Below are positions 30,068-39,678 of a stretch of DNA of 59,649 nt, one piece after another. Each line of letters starts with the position of its first letter. Position 1 is the first letter of the stretch. A program made the position numbers and the translations under genes. The DNA is from a virus. Taxonomy: Duplodnaviria > Caudoviricetes. Below the pieces are notes generated by a model that was not told the origin of the DNA, made no database searches, and saw only the letters and a program-made list of their open reading frames with translations. The stretch is taken from positions 1 through 59,649 of the IMG/VR virus record IMGVR_UViG_3300008262_000102. One strand, written 5' to 3'.

Positions 30068-31814
30068 AGTTTTTAGTTCAAATTGTTTGAGCGTTTGGTC
30101 CCAGCAGGTGTGCTATGTCACACCTATTAATTGGATTTTAAAACTGCATCATGTGAAATTCTCTTTGTCCAAAAACGAATACACATGGACTGAGCCTTAT
30201 TTTTTAATAGGGCCTGAATACTATGATCTAGAAGCTGCATACAATATGGTAGTTGAAGAGAACATCGATATAGTTGTATTCAGCATTTATATTTGGAACA
30301 AATATGAATTTTTAAAAATGGCAAAGTTTTTCAAGGAAAGAAATCCTAACCTCATAATCATAGCAGGTGGCCCAGAATTAGATGCTCATAGAGATGTTGA
30401 TTTTTTTGTCAAGCATAGCTTTCTAGATTATGTGATTTACGGTGAAGGTGAGATTGCGTTTTCAAGACTGTTGGATCATATTGCCGGGCATGAAGTTGAA
30501 CTGCTTAATGTAGTGTCGGCAGAGGGCGGAGTGAGCAATCACGAACCGGTGAACAAAAAAGACGAAATATTGAAATACAGTATATACATGGAATTTGAAG
30601 AAGAGATTGCTGCTTTTTTTAATACTTTTGTTGAGAAGAAGATCTTTTACGCATTGGCTTGGGAAACTACTAAAGGCTGTCCATATCTTTGTACTTTCTG
30701 TGACTGGAGCTCTGGGCTGCATCATAAAGTTCGAATATGGGGCAAAGATGAATTGATTCCGCCATGGAAAAAAGAACTCGATATGTTCAGCAGATTAGGG
30801 GTGCCAAGCATATACTGGACCAACCCCAACGTAGGGCTGTCTCATCAAGACACAGAAATTGTAGATTACATTTGTGATTTAAAGCAGACTGGTAAACATA
30901 CACCTATCTTTATCAGCACACAGTTCTCTAAGACCAAAAAAGAACATTCATACGGACTGTTGGATAAGATGCTAACGTATCAAGTTACAGCAGGGTTGAA
31001 ATTTGATTTGCAAGATCTAGATCCGGTTGTGTTAGATCTCATAGACCGACCTGAAATAGAATGGAATTATCATAAGACTCTGATTAGAAAAATCTTAGAC
31101 AAGCATAGTAAAGTAAAAGTGTGGGGCGAAAGAACCAACCCAGTCTGGTGTAATTTTATTTGGGGTCTGCCAGGGCAAACATTGAATCACATGCGAAGAA
31201 ACATGATAGAAAGTGGTGAGCTAGGAATGTTCCCCACACATCACATATTTGAACTGTTGCCTAATTCTCCAGCGGCTGCTCCGGAATATCAAGCAAAGCA
31301 CGGCATGAAAATTAAAAAGATATATTTGAATGTAGCCGACGGAGTGAAAATGCATCCAGGACCGATCTCAAGTCATTGGGCTAATGCTGTTGTAGAGCAT
31401 AACACACTGCCCAACAGGGATTGGTTCACCGGAGTTTTTATTTTTAATTTGTACGGAGCTCTTACAGATTACAGTGGAGTTATGTCAGATAATAGGGACA
31501 CGGGCCTTGGCAAAGAAGGAATATATTTTGATAATACCTTGGATATTTTACAAGATATAATTGATGCCAGCTATCAACATTTTATGAACACAGATAGAAT
31601 AGAAATATTTCACGGAAATCAAGCCTACGGATTTCAAAACTGGGTAGAAGCAAGACGTGATGGGTTAGCAGCATTGTTCAGTGACGATTCAAATAAAAAG
31701 CAGGATCTTATAACCCTGCTGAATTACAGCATCGACGAACATTTTGAACATGTGCATCATACAAAATATGGGTTGACACCTGAAAATTTGCAGAATTTTA
31801 TCGCTGAAAAATAA
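30054..31814 (+). CDS. cobalamin-dependent radical SAM protein
   Basis: FSIYIWN, AGGPE, GEGE B12-binding region; ETTKGCPYLCTFC. Confidence 0.85.
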   Translation: MKKIKVFSSNCLSVWSQQVCYVTPINWILKLHHVKFSLSKNEYTWTEPYFLIGPEYYDLEAAYNMVVEENIDIVVFSIYIWNKYEFLKMAKFFKERNPNLIIIAGGPELDAHRDVDFFVKHSFLDYVIYGEGEIAFSRLLDHIAGHEVELLNVVSAEGGVSNHEPVNKKDEILKYSIYMEFEEEIAAFFNTFVEKKIFYALAWETTKGCPYLCTFCDWSSGLHHKVRIWGKDELIPPWKKELDMFSRLGVPSIYWTNPNVGLSHQDTEIVDYICDLKQTGKHTPIFISTQFSKTKKEHSYGLLDKMLTYQVTAGLKFDLQDLDPVVLDLIDRPEIEWNYHKTLIRKILDKHSKVKVWGERTNPVWCNFIWGLPGQTLNHMRRNMIESGELGMFPTHHIFELLPNSPAAAPEYQAKHGMKIKKIYLNVADGVKMHPGPISSHWANAVVEHNTLPNRDWFTGVFIFNLYGALTDYSGVMSDNRDTGLGKEGIYFDNTLDILQDIIDASYQHFMNTDRIEIFHGNQAYGFQNWVEARRDGLAALFSDDSNKKQDLITLLNYSIDEHFEHVHHTKYGLTPENLQNFIAEK

Positions 31815-31846
31815 GATAAATAAACAGAACGTGACAGGACTAAACT

Positions 31847-32656
31847 ATGCTTCCTTATCAAAGATCTTATTTTATATCAACATTAACCGAAAAGCTAAAG
31901 CATTGGTATAGTCCAGCGGCTAAGCAAGAATTTTATCCTAACATTGATATCAAGCCCGCATTTGGCATACAACTGCTAGAAAATGGGTATTATTATCTAA
32001 GTGATACATATGTGTCTTACAATGATCTGACTAATGGACTTATTGTAAGACTCAACAAACATTCCGATAACAGCAAGAACTGGGAATGTTTTACAGAATT
32101 AAGCAAAGCTGAAAATTTCAAAACTGATCTGCCTGTTTATAGAGATTTTGTTTCTACCGCTGATTTCGGAATTTACGAATATGCAGAAATAAAAAGTCCG
32201 CACAGCCAGTACGGTGAAAATCTCTATGATACCATATTCAACAATACCATAGAAACATTTGAGACTAACCCCGACGTTTACTTAGACAAGGATTGGAATC
32301 CTCCTCTGCAATCATCTGAAATACTTGAAAATACCAAAGCTATTTTAGAATCATACATAGAACCATTTCAGCAGCTGGTAGTAGCAATTGCTGAGATCGA
32401 CAACAAATACCAGTCTGGGTTTCCAGAGTTTGAATTGTCTATAGTCAAGTCATTATATAAAGACTCTGTGGGATTTTTTTGGTCTGACATTGATCAATTG
32501 TCGTGGAATGATAGAATGACTCAGACAGTGTTTATAGATCAAGCATTGAAAGATTTATGGATCATTAGTGCGTTTGTTAGGGACTGCGGTCTGTTAACTG
32601 ATGATATGTTAGCTGAAATTCATGAAAAAGCGAGGACCACATGGCTGATGATTTAA
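31847..32656 (+). CDS. hypothetical protein
   Basis: 269-aa acidic ORF. Confidence 0.6.
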   Translation: MLPYQRSYFISTLTEKLKHWYSPAAKQEFYPNIDIKPAFGIQLLENGYYYLSDTYVSYNDLTNGLIVRLNKHSDNSKNWECFTELSKAENFKTDLPVYRDFVSTADFGIYEYAEIKSPHSQYGENLYDTIFNNTIETFETNPDVYLDKDWNPPLQSSEILENTKAILESYIEPFQQLVVAIAEIDNKYQSGFPEFELSIVKSLYKDSVGFFWSDIDQLSWNDRMTQTVFIDQALKDLWIISAFVRDCGLLTDDMLAEIHEKARTTWLMI

Positions 32657-32862
32657 ACAAATTTTATCTTAGAATCGAGGTCTATAATGGCGCACAAGAT
32701 AAGGTTTATAATACCGTGTGCCCAAGATCAATCATAGATAAATTTACACTTTATTTTGTAAACAATTACCCGAGAGATCATTATTTCAAGATGTATGATC
32801 TTGAAAATAATCTCAGATACGACAGCAGAATTCTAAAAGGTGATTACGCCCAATCGGTGTAA
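32641..32862 (+). CDS. hypothetical protein
   Basis: 73-aa ORF. Confidence 0.5.
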   Translation: MADDLNKFYLRIEVYNGAQDKVYNTVCPRSIIDKFTLYFVNNYPRDHYFKMYDLENNLRYDSRILKGDYAQSV

Positions 32863-33524
32863 TACACTTGTCCGTAGCAACCGTAATTAATTGCCATAAG
32901 CACACGTTCACTGTCGCTGGTGTTTGATCTACTGAAATGTTTCATCCATCCGGGAAACATCACCAATCTTCCATTTTTAACTTCGATCTCTTGATGGAAC
33001 CTTTTTGGTGTGCCTTTTACCTTGTTATACGGCGCTCTAGAAAGCACAAGTTCAGAAGGATCTTCTAAAACAAAATTACCTTTGTTTTCTGCATCAATAT
33101 AGAACGATGCAGCAATAGGAATTCCTGCATGATTGTGTGAGGCTGTAAACCCTCCTGGTGTTTGCCATACTCCCCACATCTGTAGTACATAGGGATGAAG
33201 AAGTTGATTATATGTCAGTTCATTCCAGTACTGCTTGCATTGCTCTCCTAACCAATCGTGCAATTTTCTCAGTGCTGGGTTTGATATGTTTTCCGGACTA
33301 TCTGGATTAGCAAAGTTTATAACATCATACATGATACCGTATTCTCCGCCGCGACACGGATGATCATGTACTTTGTCATAGGGATCGGTACCTGTAGTTT
33401 CTTTGGGATAATCTACTCCAAGAGTTTTTTTCACCTCTGCTTTGATCGAGTCTTTGATCTCATCGAAATTAGGATAATCCACAATGGCTACAGTGTGTGG
33501 AAATATTTGTTTATATTCTATCAT
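32844..33524 (-). CDS. putative 2OG-Fe(II) oxygenase (TIGR02466-like)
   Basis: HNH...MFPGWMKH...R. Confidence 0.8.
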   Translation of the reverse strand: MIEYKQIFPHTVAIVDYPNFDEIKDSIKAEVKKTLGVDYPKETTGTDPYDKVHDHPCRGGEYGIMYDVINFANPDSPENISNPALRKLHDWLGEQCKQYWNELTYNQLLHPYVLQMWGVWQTPGGFTASHNHAGIPIAASFYIDAENKGNFVLEDPSELVLSRAPYNKVKGTPKRFHQEIEVKNGRLVMFPGWMKHFSRSNTSDSERVLMAINYGCYGQVYYTDWA

Positions 33525-33532
33525 TATTTTCC

Positions 33533-34150
33533 TTAATATGGTCGAGCTTTATATTGCCAAGATAATCCGAAGTTGAAACCAAATGCTATTCTGTTTGAAG
33601 TAGATTTATTGGATCTGACATGATGCATGAGGTAGCCCGGGAACATTACAATTTTACCTGCTTCGGCAGTGATCTCTTCTGAAAACACATACGGTTTCTT
33701 TTGCCAGTCATAGGGCATGCGCTCTCTACAAAAGTGTGTAGGATCTTCAAGATGTAAATTTCCTTTGTTAGGATCTGCATCAAGATAAAACACACCGCCT
33801 ATGGCAATCGGAGTATGATTATGTGCAGCTGTGAATCCGCCTGGCGGAACATCATTGGCCCATAGTTGCAAGGTGTACGGTTCTTCTTGACTTGTTAGAT
33901 TCATATGGTTCCAATAAATTTTGCCATGATGATCGATAAAATCTACAATGTCTTTAAATTCAGATTTCAAGTGTAAATTAGGCAGTGTCCTTCTAAAGAT
34001 GGGTTCGCCGTCTTTGTCGTAATAATCATTACCCGGTGCCGTGTTGCCTTCAAAACTTTCTAATGCCTTTTTTATAAAGGACTGTTGCACCTTATCAAAA
34101 TCTAGATAGTGGGCTTCGTAAATTACAGTAGGAAATATAGATCTAAACAT
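33533..34150 (-). CDS. putative 2OG-Fe(II) oxygenase (TIGR02466-like)
   Basis: Likely start MFRSIFP; WAN...HNH...MFPGYLMH...R. Confidence 0.8.
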   Translation of the reverse strand: MFRSIFPTVIYEAHYLDFDKVQQSFIKKALESFEGNTAPGNDYYDKDGEPIFRRTLPNLHLKSEFKDIVDFIDHHGKIYWNHMNLTSQEEPYTLQLWANDVPPGGFTAAHNHTPIAIGGVFYLDADPNKGNLHLEDPTHFCRERMPYDWQKKPYVFSEEITAEAGKIVMFPGYLMHHVRSNKSTSNRIAFGFNFGLSWQYKARPY

Positions 34151-34892
34151 TTTTGGTCCATACACATCTATAACCCAGTACATCGTCTTGGTTATTATCA
34201 ATCCAAGGCACAATGGTATTTTTAAATTCGTGCATCTTAGGCTTGCATTTGAAGCTATCACTGATCTCGGCAACCGTATCTCTGTCTTTGAGTTTTCTCA
34301 CATCTAGTATCAATTTGCCGCCTGGCTTCAATATTAAATTAACTTTGTCCCAATAGATCTCTTTTGGGTAATGCATACACCATGAAAAATAAGAAGTAAC
34401 ACAATCGACAGATCCGGGCCACCAATCCTGTGGTTCTAACATGGATATTCGGTCACCTAATGACGAAGTTCTGTTCAAACAATCTTTAGTCGGTGCCCAC
34501 GAGTTGTAGTAAAAATAATTGTCAGTGTAATATACCCCAGGCTTATTATTCAGTTCTTCTCGGTCTATTAGGTATATTTTAGATTCTGGAAGGTATTGGG
34601 CCAGCAGTAGATCTATAATTCCTACCCCCGACCCTATATCTAAAACTGTTGAATTAGCAGGTATATCGAAGCCGCCAAGTTTGTATGTGATATCCCACAT
34701 GCTTTGATAGAATTTAGGAAACATTTCAAAGAACACTTGTTTGGAGAAAGGTCTCATTACTCCAAACAGCCCAGATTGCAGTGTGCTGTATCTAGCCAGA
34801 GTTTCTACGTCATCCCACCAAAGAGAAAGTTCACCCTTGTCTGTGTTGACAGTTAAATTGTAGGTGTTCCAGTCTTGGTTAAATTTATCCAT
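34143..34892 (-). CDS. class I SAM-dependent methyltransferase
   Basis: VLDIGSGVG, ILKPGGKLILD. Confidence 0.85.
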   Translation of the reverse strand: MDKFNQDWNTYNLTVNTDKGELSLWWDDVETLARYSTLQSGLFGVMRPFSKQVFFEMFPKFYQSMWDITYKLGGFDIPANSTVLDIGSGVGIIDLLLAQYLPESKIYLIDREELNNKPGVYYTDNYFYYNSWAPTKDCLNRTSSLGDRISMLEPQDWWPGSVDCVTSYFSWCMHYPKEIYWDKVNLILKPGGKLILDVRKLKDRDTVAEISDSFKCKPKMHEFKNTIVPWIDNNQDDVLGYRCVWTKNV

Positions 34893-35652
34893 TTCTAGTC
34901 CACATAAATCTACCACCAACAGGTGTGCCTTCTGAAGGTGCTGGAAGGTTATCTATATGGGCAGGCAGTTTTATGTCAAACCATTTAGCCACAGGTTCGG
35001 ATTTCATTTGTTTAGAGATCTCGCCAACAACATCTCGATCAGGTAATGTTCGAATATCCATGATAAGTTTGCCCCCTACTTTTAAGCTAGACATAACTTT
35101 TTCCCAATACGTTTCTTTTGGATAATGCCAACCCCATGATAGATAAGAAGTAATGCAATCGACCTGTTGTGGAAACTCATCACTCGGCCCCTGCATGATA
35201 AATCTTGAAGGATCTATTCCTGTTGCTGAAATGGCATCTTTCACAGGTTCCCAACTGTTGTATTCCGGATAATTTTGATCGTAGTACACGCCCTTTTGAA
35301 AATTGAAACCTTCTCTGTCTACAAGATAAAATTTACTATTAGGCAAATACGATGACAACAAAAGATCTATAACTGCTATCCCCGATCCGATATCGATGAT
35401 AACAGCATCGTCTGGGAGATTAAACAACCCTTGGTTGAATCTTGCATCCCAAAACATTTGATACCATCTTGGAAAATGTTCGTAGAAAGTCTGAAGGCTG
35501 TTTTTATCCTGAAGATATAACCCAGCCTGCATGTTCGACCACTTGGCTAGATTATCCGCGTTATTCCATTTTACATTCAACACTCCGCGGTCTGTGTTTA
35601 CACTCAGAGAATATTTTTGCCAATCTTCGATAAAGTCATTCATGCTCGACAT
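34885..35652 (-). CDS. class I SAM-dependent methyltransferase (tandem paralog)
   Basis: IIDIGSGIA, LKVGGKLIMD. Confidence 0.85.
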   Translation of the reverse strand: MSSMNDFIEDWQKYSLSVNTDRGVLNVKWNNADNLAKWSNMQAGLYLQDKNSLQTFYEHFPRWYQMFWDARFNQGLFNLPDDAVIIDIGSGIAVIDLLLSSYLPNSKFYLVDREGFNFQKGVYYDQNYPEYNSWEPVKDAISATGIDPSRFIMQGPSDEFPQQVDCITSYLSWGWHYPKETYWEKVMSSLKVGGKLIMDIRTLPDRDVVGEISKQMKSEPVAKWFDIKLPAHIDNLPAPSEGTPVGGRFMWTRNG

Positions 35653-35671
35653 GTGTAGTCCTTTGGGATAT

Positions 35672-36397
35672 TTAGTGTGGTAGTAACAGGGACTGAATTT
35701 TTCTTATGCTGTCTGTTGACACTGATAGAAAAAATTGATATGAATCTCCGTGCCCAACAGCGTCATGTACACGACTGGTATCGATCAAATAGATTCTACC
35801 AGATTCTACATTTCGCACTGAACTCATTTGATTTTCGTCTGTGTCCCAATATCTGATTTCTAAATTTTCTGCATTGGTAGTTCCCCACAACCGGAACCAA
35901 GGCGATGGAAGAATGGTATCTATGTGAGGTTTAAATTCTGCACCTGCTTGCCATTTCAGTATGTTGGATCGAAACCAATGATTTTTAAAAATTTCTAATG
36001 GTCGGAGTGATTCAATCTGCATCACTTCAGTTGGCGTAGTACAATCTGATTCAATTATAGGTTGGTTAGGAAATTTTTTATTCCACTCATACAACGACCC
36101 ATTAATTGGATCTTGACTTTTTAAAACCCCGTCTTGATTTACCAGTGCAATTCCTGATCTAGGAAGATGTATATGTTCTGAACCCCATTGTTCGAAATGT
36201 GAGTTAAATTTTACAATTTCTTTATGGAACAGCTCTACATTAATTTTAACAGATAATGGCGTTAAAAAATCTCTGTGCAGTGATATGTAATTTTCATTGT
36301 CAACAAATTTTGTTATTTGAGAATATTTTTTTCTTTGAGACTCTGATTGAAAAAACACAGTTCGAGTGTCGCTGATAATTTGCGCTGGATCAATCAT
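35672..36397 (-). CDS. 2OG-Fe(II) oxygenase-like protein
   Basis: PHID...DTSRVH motif. Confidence 0.6.
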   Translation of the reverse strand: MIDPAQIISDTRTVFFQSESQRKKYSQITKFVDNENYISLHRDFLTPLSVKINVELFHKEIVKFNSHFEQWGSEHIHLPRSGIALVNQDGVLKSQDPINGSLYEWNKKFPNQPIIESDCTTPTEVMQIESLRPLEIFKNHWFRSNILKWQAGAEFKPHIDTILPSPWFRLWGTTNAENLEIRYWDTDENQMSSVRNVESGRIYLIDTSRVHDAVGHGDSYQFFLSVSTDSIRKIQSLLLPH

Positions 36398-36860
36398 TAC
36401 ACCATCTCTTTATTTTAGAATAGACTTCTTGAAATGTATAATCAAAGATAGAGATTTTTAACATTATTCTTTCATGTTGATTATTAATGACCTTGTGAGG
36501 CACTGTGGTATCTAACAGCACAGCTTCGTAAAAATATTCCGCGTCACCAAACATGATAGGACTGGCATTCTCAGTTAACACAAAATTCAAACTACACAGG
36601 GTTCCGTTGTCCACATGCTCTGGTATAACAGCATGTGGTTGCAAATAATAAAATCTTGGCTTGCCTTTTATATCAAAGTCTTCCATGATTTTGTCTATGT
36701 AAGGAGTTGAACAGTGTCCGATTAACCAATCATTCAGCTGTAGTTCAGGGTATCTAGAATCAGTGTAAGCTACTGCTGTGTTTTTAATCAGATCAGCCTC
36801 ATGCAGCAATCTCTGTTTGTCTACTGCGTAGTTTAAATGAATAAGTGGTTTCATCAACAT
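36390..36860 (-). CDS. 2OG-Fe(II) oxygenase (Asp/Asn hydroxylase-like)
   Basis: PEHVD...PHKVIN...R. Confidence 0.65.
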   Translation of the reverse strand: MLMKPLIHLNYAVDKQRLLHEADLIKNTAVAYTDSRYPELQLNDWLIGHCSTPYIDKIMEDFDIKGKPRFYYLQPHAVIPEHVDNGTLCSLNFVLTENASPIMFGDAEYFYEAVLLDTTVPHKVINNQHERIMLKISIFDYTFQEVYSKIKRWCND

Positions 36861-36885
36861 ATTTAAGATAATAAAAAGAGTAGCC

Positions 36886-36912
36886 AAAAAAATAGCACCC
36901 GGAGGTGCTATT
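36886..36912 (-). terminator. Rho-independent terminator
   Basis: AAUAGCACC-UCCG-GGUGCUAUU followed by a U tract. Confidence 0.8.
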
Positions 36913-36914
36913 CT

Positions 36915-36947
36915 GCCCTTTTTGTAAAGCGCCTTAGGGCTGGCGCT
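36915..36947 (-). ncRNA. candidate compact H-type pseudoknot
   Basis: AGCGCC/GGCGCU stem; loop GCCCU pairs with downstream AGGGC across an A-rich linker. Confidence 0.45.
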
Positions 36948-36968
36948 AAAATAGGACTATGTCCTATG

Positions 36969-37577
36969 CTAATCTACCGAAGGACCATTGCCACTCTTAA
37001 AGCCGATACTGCCACCTTCTGCTTCAATACGCTTGATAACGTCCTCAAACAAGATTGGTGCAAAGTCTGGAGTTTGTTCTACACAAACGCAATGATAACG
37101 AACATCGGGCTCATCGCTGTATAAAATCTCTCCAGTCCTAGCATCAACACCACGGGCCTTCTTCACGCGGTTGGCGTGAGTGTGACCGTGAATGTTAACT
37201 CCAAACCGTCCTAAGCTATCGCTGTGTACAGGAATATGGCTTAAGATCATTCCGTTCATAACATGGTATGCTCGTAATTCTCTAAAGTACATCCTGTACT
37301 CATCATCGCGGAAGATGTCGTGGTTACCACGAATTAACACCTTGTCGCCGTTTAAACGAGCTAACGTCTTTAACGACTTTCGGTTAATAACAACGTCACC
37401 TAAGTGGTAAACTTTGTCAGTGGGCTTGACTCTGTCGTTCCACGCCTTGATCATGGCCTCATCCATTTCGTCTGGATCAGTCCACGGACGTAACTTGGTC
37501 ACTCCGTCGTTGCGAGTAAACTTACATACGCCAGTGTGACCAAAGTGCGTATCGCTTACTAAAAATACACTAGGCAT
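36969..37577 (-). CDS. calcineurin-like metallophosphoesterase
   Basis: SDTHFGH, HLGD, GNHD, HGHTH. Confidence 0.9.
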   Translation of the reverse strand: MPSVFLVSDTHFGHTGVCKFTRNDGVTKLRPWTDPDEMDEAMIKAWNDRVKPTDKVYHLGDVVINRKSLKTLARLNGDKVLIRGNHDIFRDDEYRMYFRELRAYHVMNGMILSHIPVHSDSLGRFGVNIHGHTHANRVKKARGVDARTGEILYSDEPDVRYHCVCVEQTPDFAPILFEDVIKRIEAEGGSIGFKSGNGPSVD

Positions 37578-37587
37578 AATGTTCTCC

Positions 37588-37839
37588 TTACATTTTTAAC
37601 ATAGCCATTGTGGCTGTTGATTCATTTTTAAACCCTACATAGTAAGGTCTTGCTGTATAGCCTAAAGTTCTATTAAACTTAGACTTACCCCAAAATGTTG
37701 AATCCCAACGCCATCCTTCTAAATCTTTTACAGCCTTTTCTACTCTATTTGAATCAGAACTAAATCTATCGATCAGAAAGGCAAAGCGATAGCCTCTGTG
37801 ATACAGATTGTGTCTGCGATCTAATTTTATTAACTTCAC
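37588..37839 (-). CDS. hypothetical protein (distant member of the 53.8-57.4 kb paralog family)
   Basis: C-terminal GFKNESTATMAMLKM; SD GGAGG. Confidence 0.55.
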   Translation of the reverse strand: MKLIKLDRRHNLYHRGYRFAFLIDRFSSDSNRVEKAVKDLEGWRWDSTFWGKSKFNRTLGYTARPYYVGFKNESTATMAMLKM

Positions 37840-37854
37840 TTTGCCCTCCTTTCA

Positions 37855-38025
37855 TTAATAAACCTCTTTGATAATTTTAAATTCAGTTTCAGGGTACTTT
37901 GTTTTAAAGTCTTCTGTTTTAACGAAATCGTTAAATTCTTTTGCATTAAAAAACATGCGATGAAATACTGACTTGTGATCCATTGTGGTTACTGTGAGGT
38001 AAACCGATTTTGCCTTGCCAGCCAT
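37855..38025 (-). CDS. small hypothetical protein (56 aa, below the ORF-track cutoff)
   Basis: MAGKAKSVYLTVTT...KEVY*; SD AAGGA; follows a promoter. Confidence 0.65.
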   Translation of the reverse strand: MAGKAKSVYLTVTTMDHKSVFHRMFFNAKEFNDFVKTEDFKTKYPETEFKIIKEVY

Positions 38026-38052
38026 TTGATTCCTTTCACTGTTTAATATATA

Positions 38053-38081
38053 ATTATAACATCAAAAAGAAACCCCGTCAA
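38053..38081 (-). promoter_or_regulatory. sigma70-type promoter TTGACG-17-TATAAT, -35 nested in the upstream terminator
   Basis: Reverse complement TTGACG gggtttctttttgatgt TATAAT. Confidence 0.75.
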
Positions 38082-38097
38082 CCGAAATCGACGGGGT
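38064..38097 (-). terminator. Rho-independent terminator
   Basis: ACCCCGUCGA-UUUCGG-UUGACGGGGU-UUCUUUUU. Confidence 0.8.
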
Positions 38098-38116
38098 GTA
38101 GCAAAGCCGCCACAGC

Positions 38117-38317
38117 TTACCAGTGTTCTACGCCCGACACTTCTAATTCAAACGAGCCTATACAGCCATTGATATTTTGTGCAAAAGTCATAGAAGTAAC
38201 AGAACCAATACCACTGGAATTGTCTTGTGTTAGTTCAAATGCTTGAACATCCGGAAACTTAGACAAAATGGCGGATATTCGCTCGATATCATTGCGATGT
38301 AAAATAACGGGTTTCAT
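38117..38317 (-). CDS. hypothetical protein
   Basis: 66-aa ORF with ATGA overlap. Confidence 0.6.
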   Translation of the reverse strand: MKPVILHRNDIERISAILSKFPDVQAFELTQDNSSGIGSVTSMTFAQNINGCIGSFELEVSGVEHW

Positions 38318-38874
38318 ATGTCACCTTCTCTTTCTCTACGTGCTCTGCGTTCTGCGGCCAGCATAAAGACCTTTTCGTTGTCGTTGGTCCATTCTACAGT
38401 CTTAGGCAGTATGATCCCAAACTCAGTAGTTTGACCGTTGATAGTATGAGGCTCATTCTCGTCATAGGTCCACCCCAGGGCCTTCATCATGCGATGCTTG
38501 ACTAATAGGTTAGGGCTACGAAACACTTCAGTATCTTCGAAGCCTAGCATAACACCAATCTCGCAGACAGCGCCCGAACGACAAACACCCGCTACACAGT
38601 GAACGACCACGTTCATTCGATTTTCCAATGCGTGTTGCAGAAGTCGAACAAGCTCGTTGGCCTGCTCTTGACTGCAACGCATGGCCTCTTCTAAGGCAAA
38701 ATCCTTTTCTTCAATGTCTAAAAATTGAAACTGATGAACTTCTTTGAATGTGTGCAAGGGAGTAGGAAAATCCCCAGGCGGATCTACGATTTGGATCAGC
38801 ATAGAGTTTACGCCCGCATCGAAATGAAACCCTTTGCGGATGTCACTGAGTGCTACGTTTTGAATCCATGGCAT
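38314..38874 (-). CDS. Cys-based protein tyrosine / dual-specificity phosphatase-like protein
   Basis: VHCVAGVCRS (HCx5R). Confidence 0.8.
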   Translation of the reverse strand: MPWIQNVALSDIRKGFHFDAGVNSMLIQIVDPPGDFPTPLHTFKEVHQFQFLDIEEKDFALEEAMRCSQEQANELVRLLQHALENRMNVVVHCVAGVCRSGAVCEIGVMLGFEDTEVFRSPNLLVKHRMMKALGWTYDENEPHTINGQTTEFGIILPKTVEWTNDNEKVFMLAAERRARREREGDI

Positions 38875-38884
38875 GATATTTTCC

Positions 38885-39103
38885 TTACAATCTATATGTC
38901 ACACGACCTTTGGTAAGATCGTATGGGCTAACTTCAATTTTTACTCTGTCGCCTAAGATAATTTTTATCTTGTGCTGTTTCAATTTGCCGCTGGTGTAGC
39001 AGGTAAGAATGTTAGGTAGATTGTCTACCTTGACCCTGAACATATTGCCGGGTAGTACTTCTTCAACTGCACCAGTTAATTCTATAAGATCACTTTTTGA
39101 CAT
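38885..39103 (-). CDS. infA: translation initiation factor IF-1
   Basis: 72 aa; [10 protein letters not shown]...SGK...[21 protein letters not shown]. Confidence 0.95.
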   Translation of the reverse strand: MSKSDLIELTGAVEEVLPGNMFRVKVDNLPNILTCYTSGKLKQHKIKIILGDRVKIEVSPYDLTKGRVTYRL

Positions 39104-39551
39104 TTTTCTTTGACTTTACTTTGGCATCTGCCTTGTCGATGATTTGAAAAACCTTGTTGGCTAACACTCGCTCTTTACTAAAAGCTTCTACTTCCCAGGG
39201 CAGATCATAATAGTGTCCTCGGATTTTTTTGCCCATCCAAAATCTGCTATTTAGATTCTTCCCATGAGTAATCTGTCCTCGAGCATACTGCTTGACATGT
39301 ACCATTTCGTGTGCTAACGCGATAATTAATCGTTCAACATCAAGTGCAGTATCTATGCTCATACCTATGACTCTTGGTCCTAATTTAAACACGCTTCCTC
39401 GAAACCCCTCTTTAACACTCATCCCTCTTTCAGGAACCACTACCAACGAGTACCGACTGTTTTGTAATTTCAATTCATTTCGAAAAACTTGTAGGCAGGT
39501 TTCAACCAACATTTTGCTGGCGCTTTTTCTTGCCATAACTTGAATATCCAT
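39090..39551 (-). CDS. phage Zn metallopeptidase (HExxH)
   Basis: [10 protein letters not shown]...PWEVEA. Confidence 0.75.
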   Translation of the reverse strand: MDIQVMARKSASKMLVETCLQVFRNELKLQNSRYSLVVVPERGMSVKEGFRGSVFKLGPRVIGMSIDTALDVERLIIALAHEMVHVKQYARGQITHGKNLNSRFWMGKKIRGHYYDLPWEVEAFSKERVLANKVFQIIDKADAKVKSKKNVKK

Positions 39552-39574
39552 AAGAGCTCCTTGTGTGTTGCTTA

Positions 39575-39603
39575 ATTATACAGTCTCTTTTGAATATTGT
39601 CAA
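39575..39603 (-). promoter_or_regulatory. sigma70-type promoter TTGACA-17-TATAAT
   Basis: Perfect consensus. Confidence 0.8.
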
Positions 39604-39604
39604 G

Positions 39605-39678
39605 TGGTGCTCCAACCAAGAATCGAACTTGAAATACATCCTTACCAAGGATGCGTTATGCCATTTAACTATAGGAGC
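39605..39678 (-). tRNA. tRNA-Thr(GGT)
   Basis: Cloverleaf, CATCC-TTGGTAA-GGATG, CCA. Confidence 0.9.
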
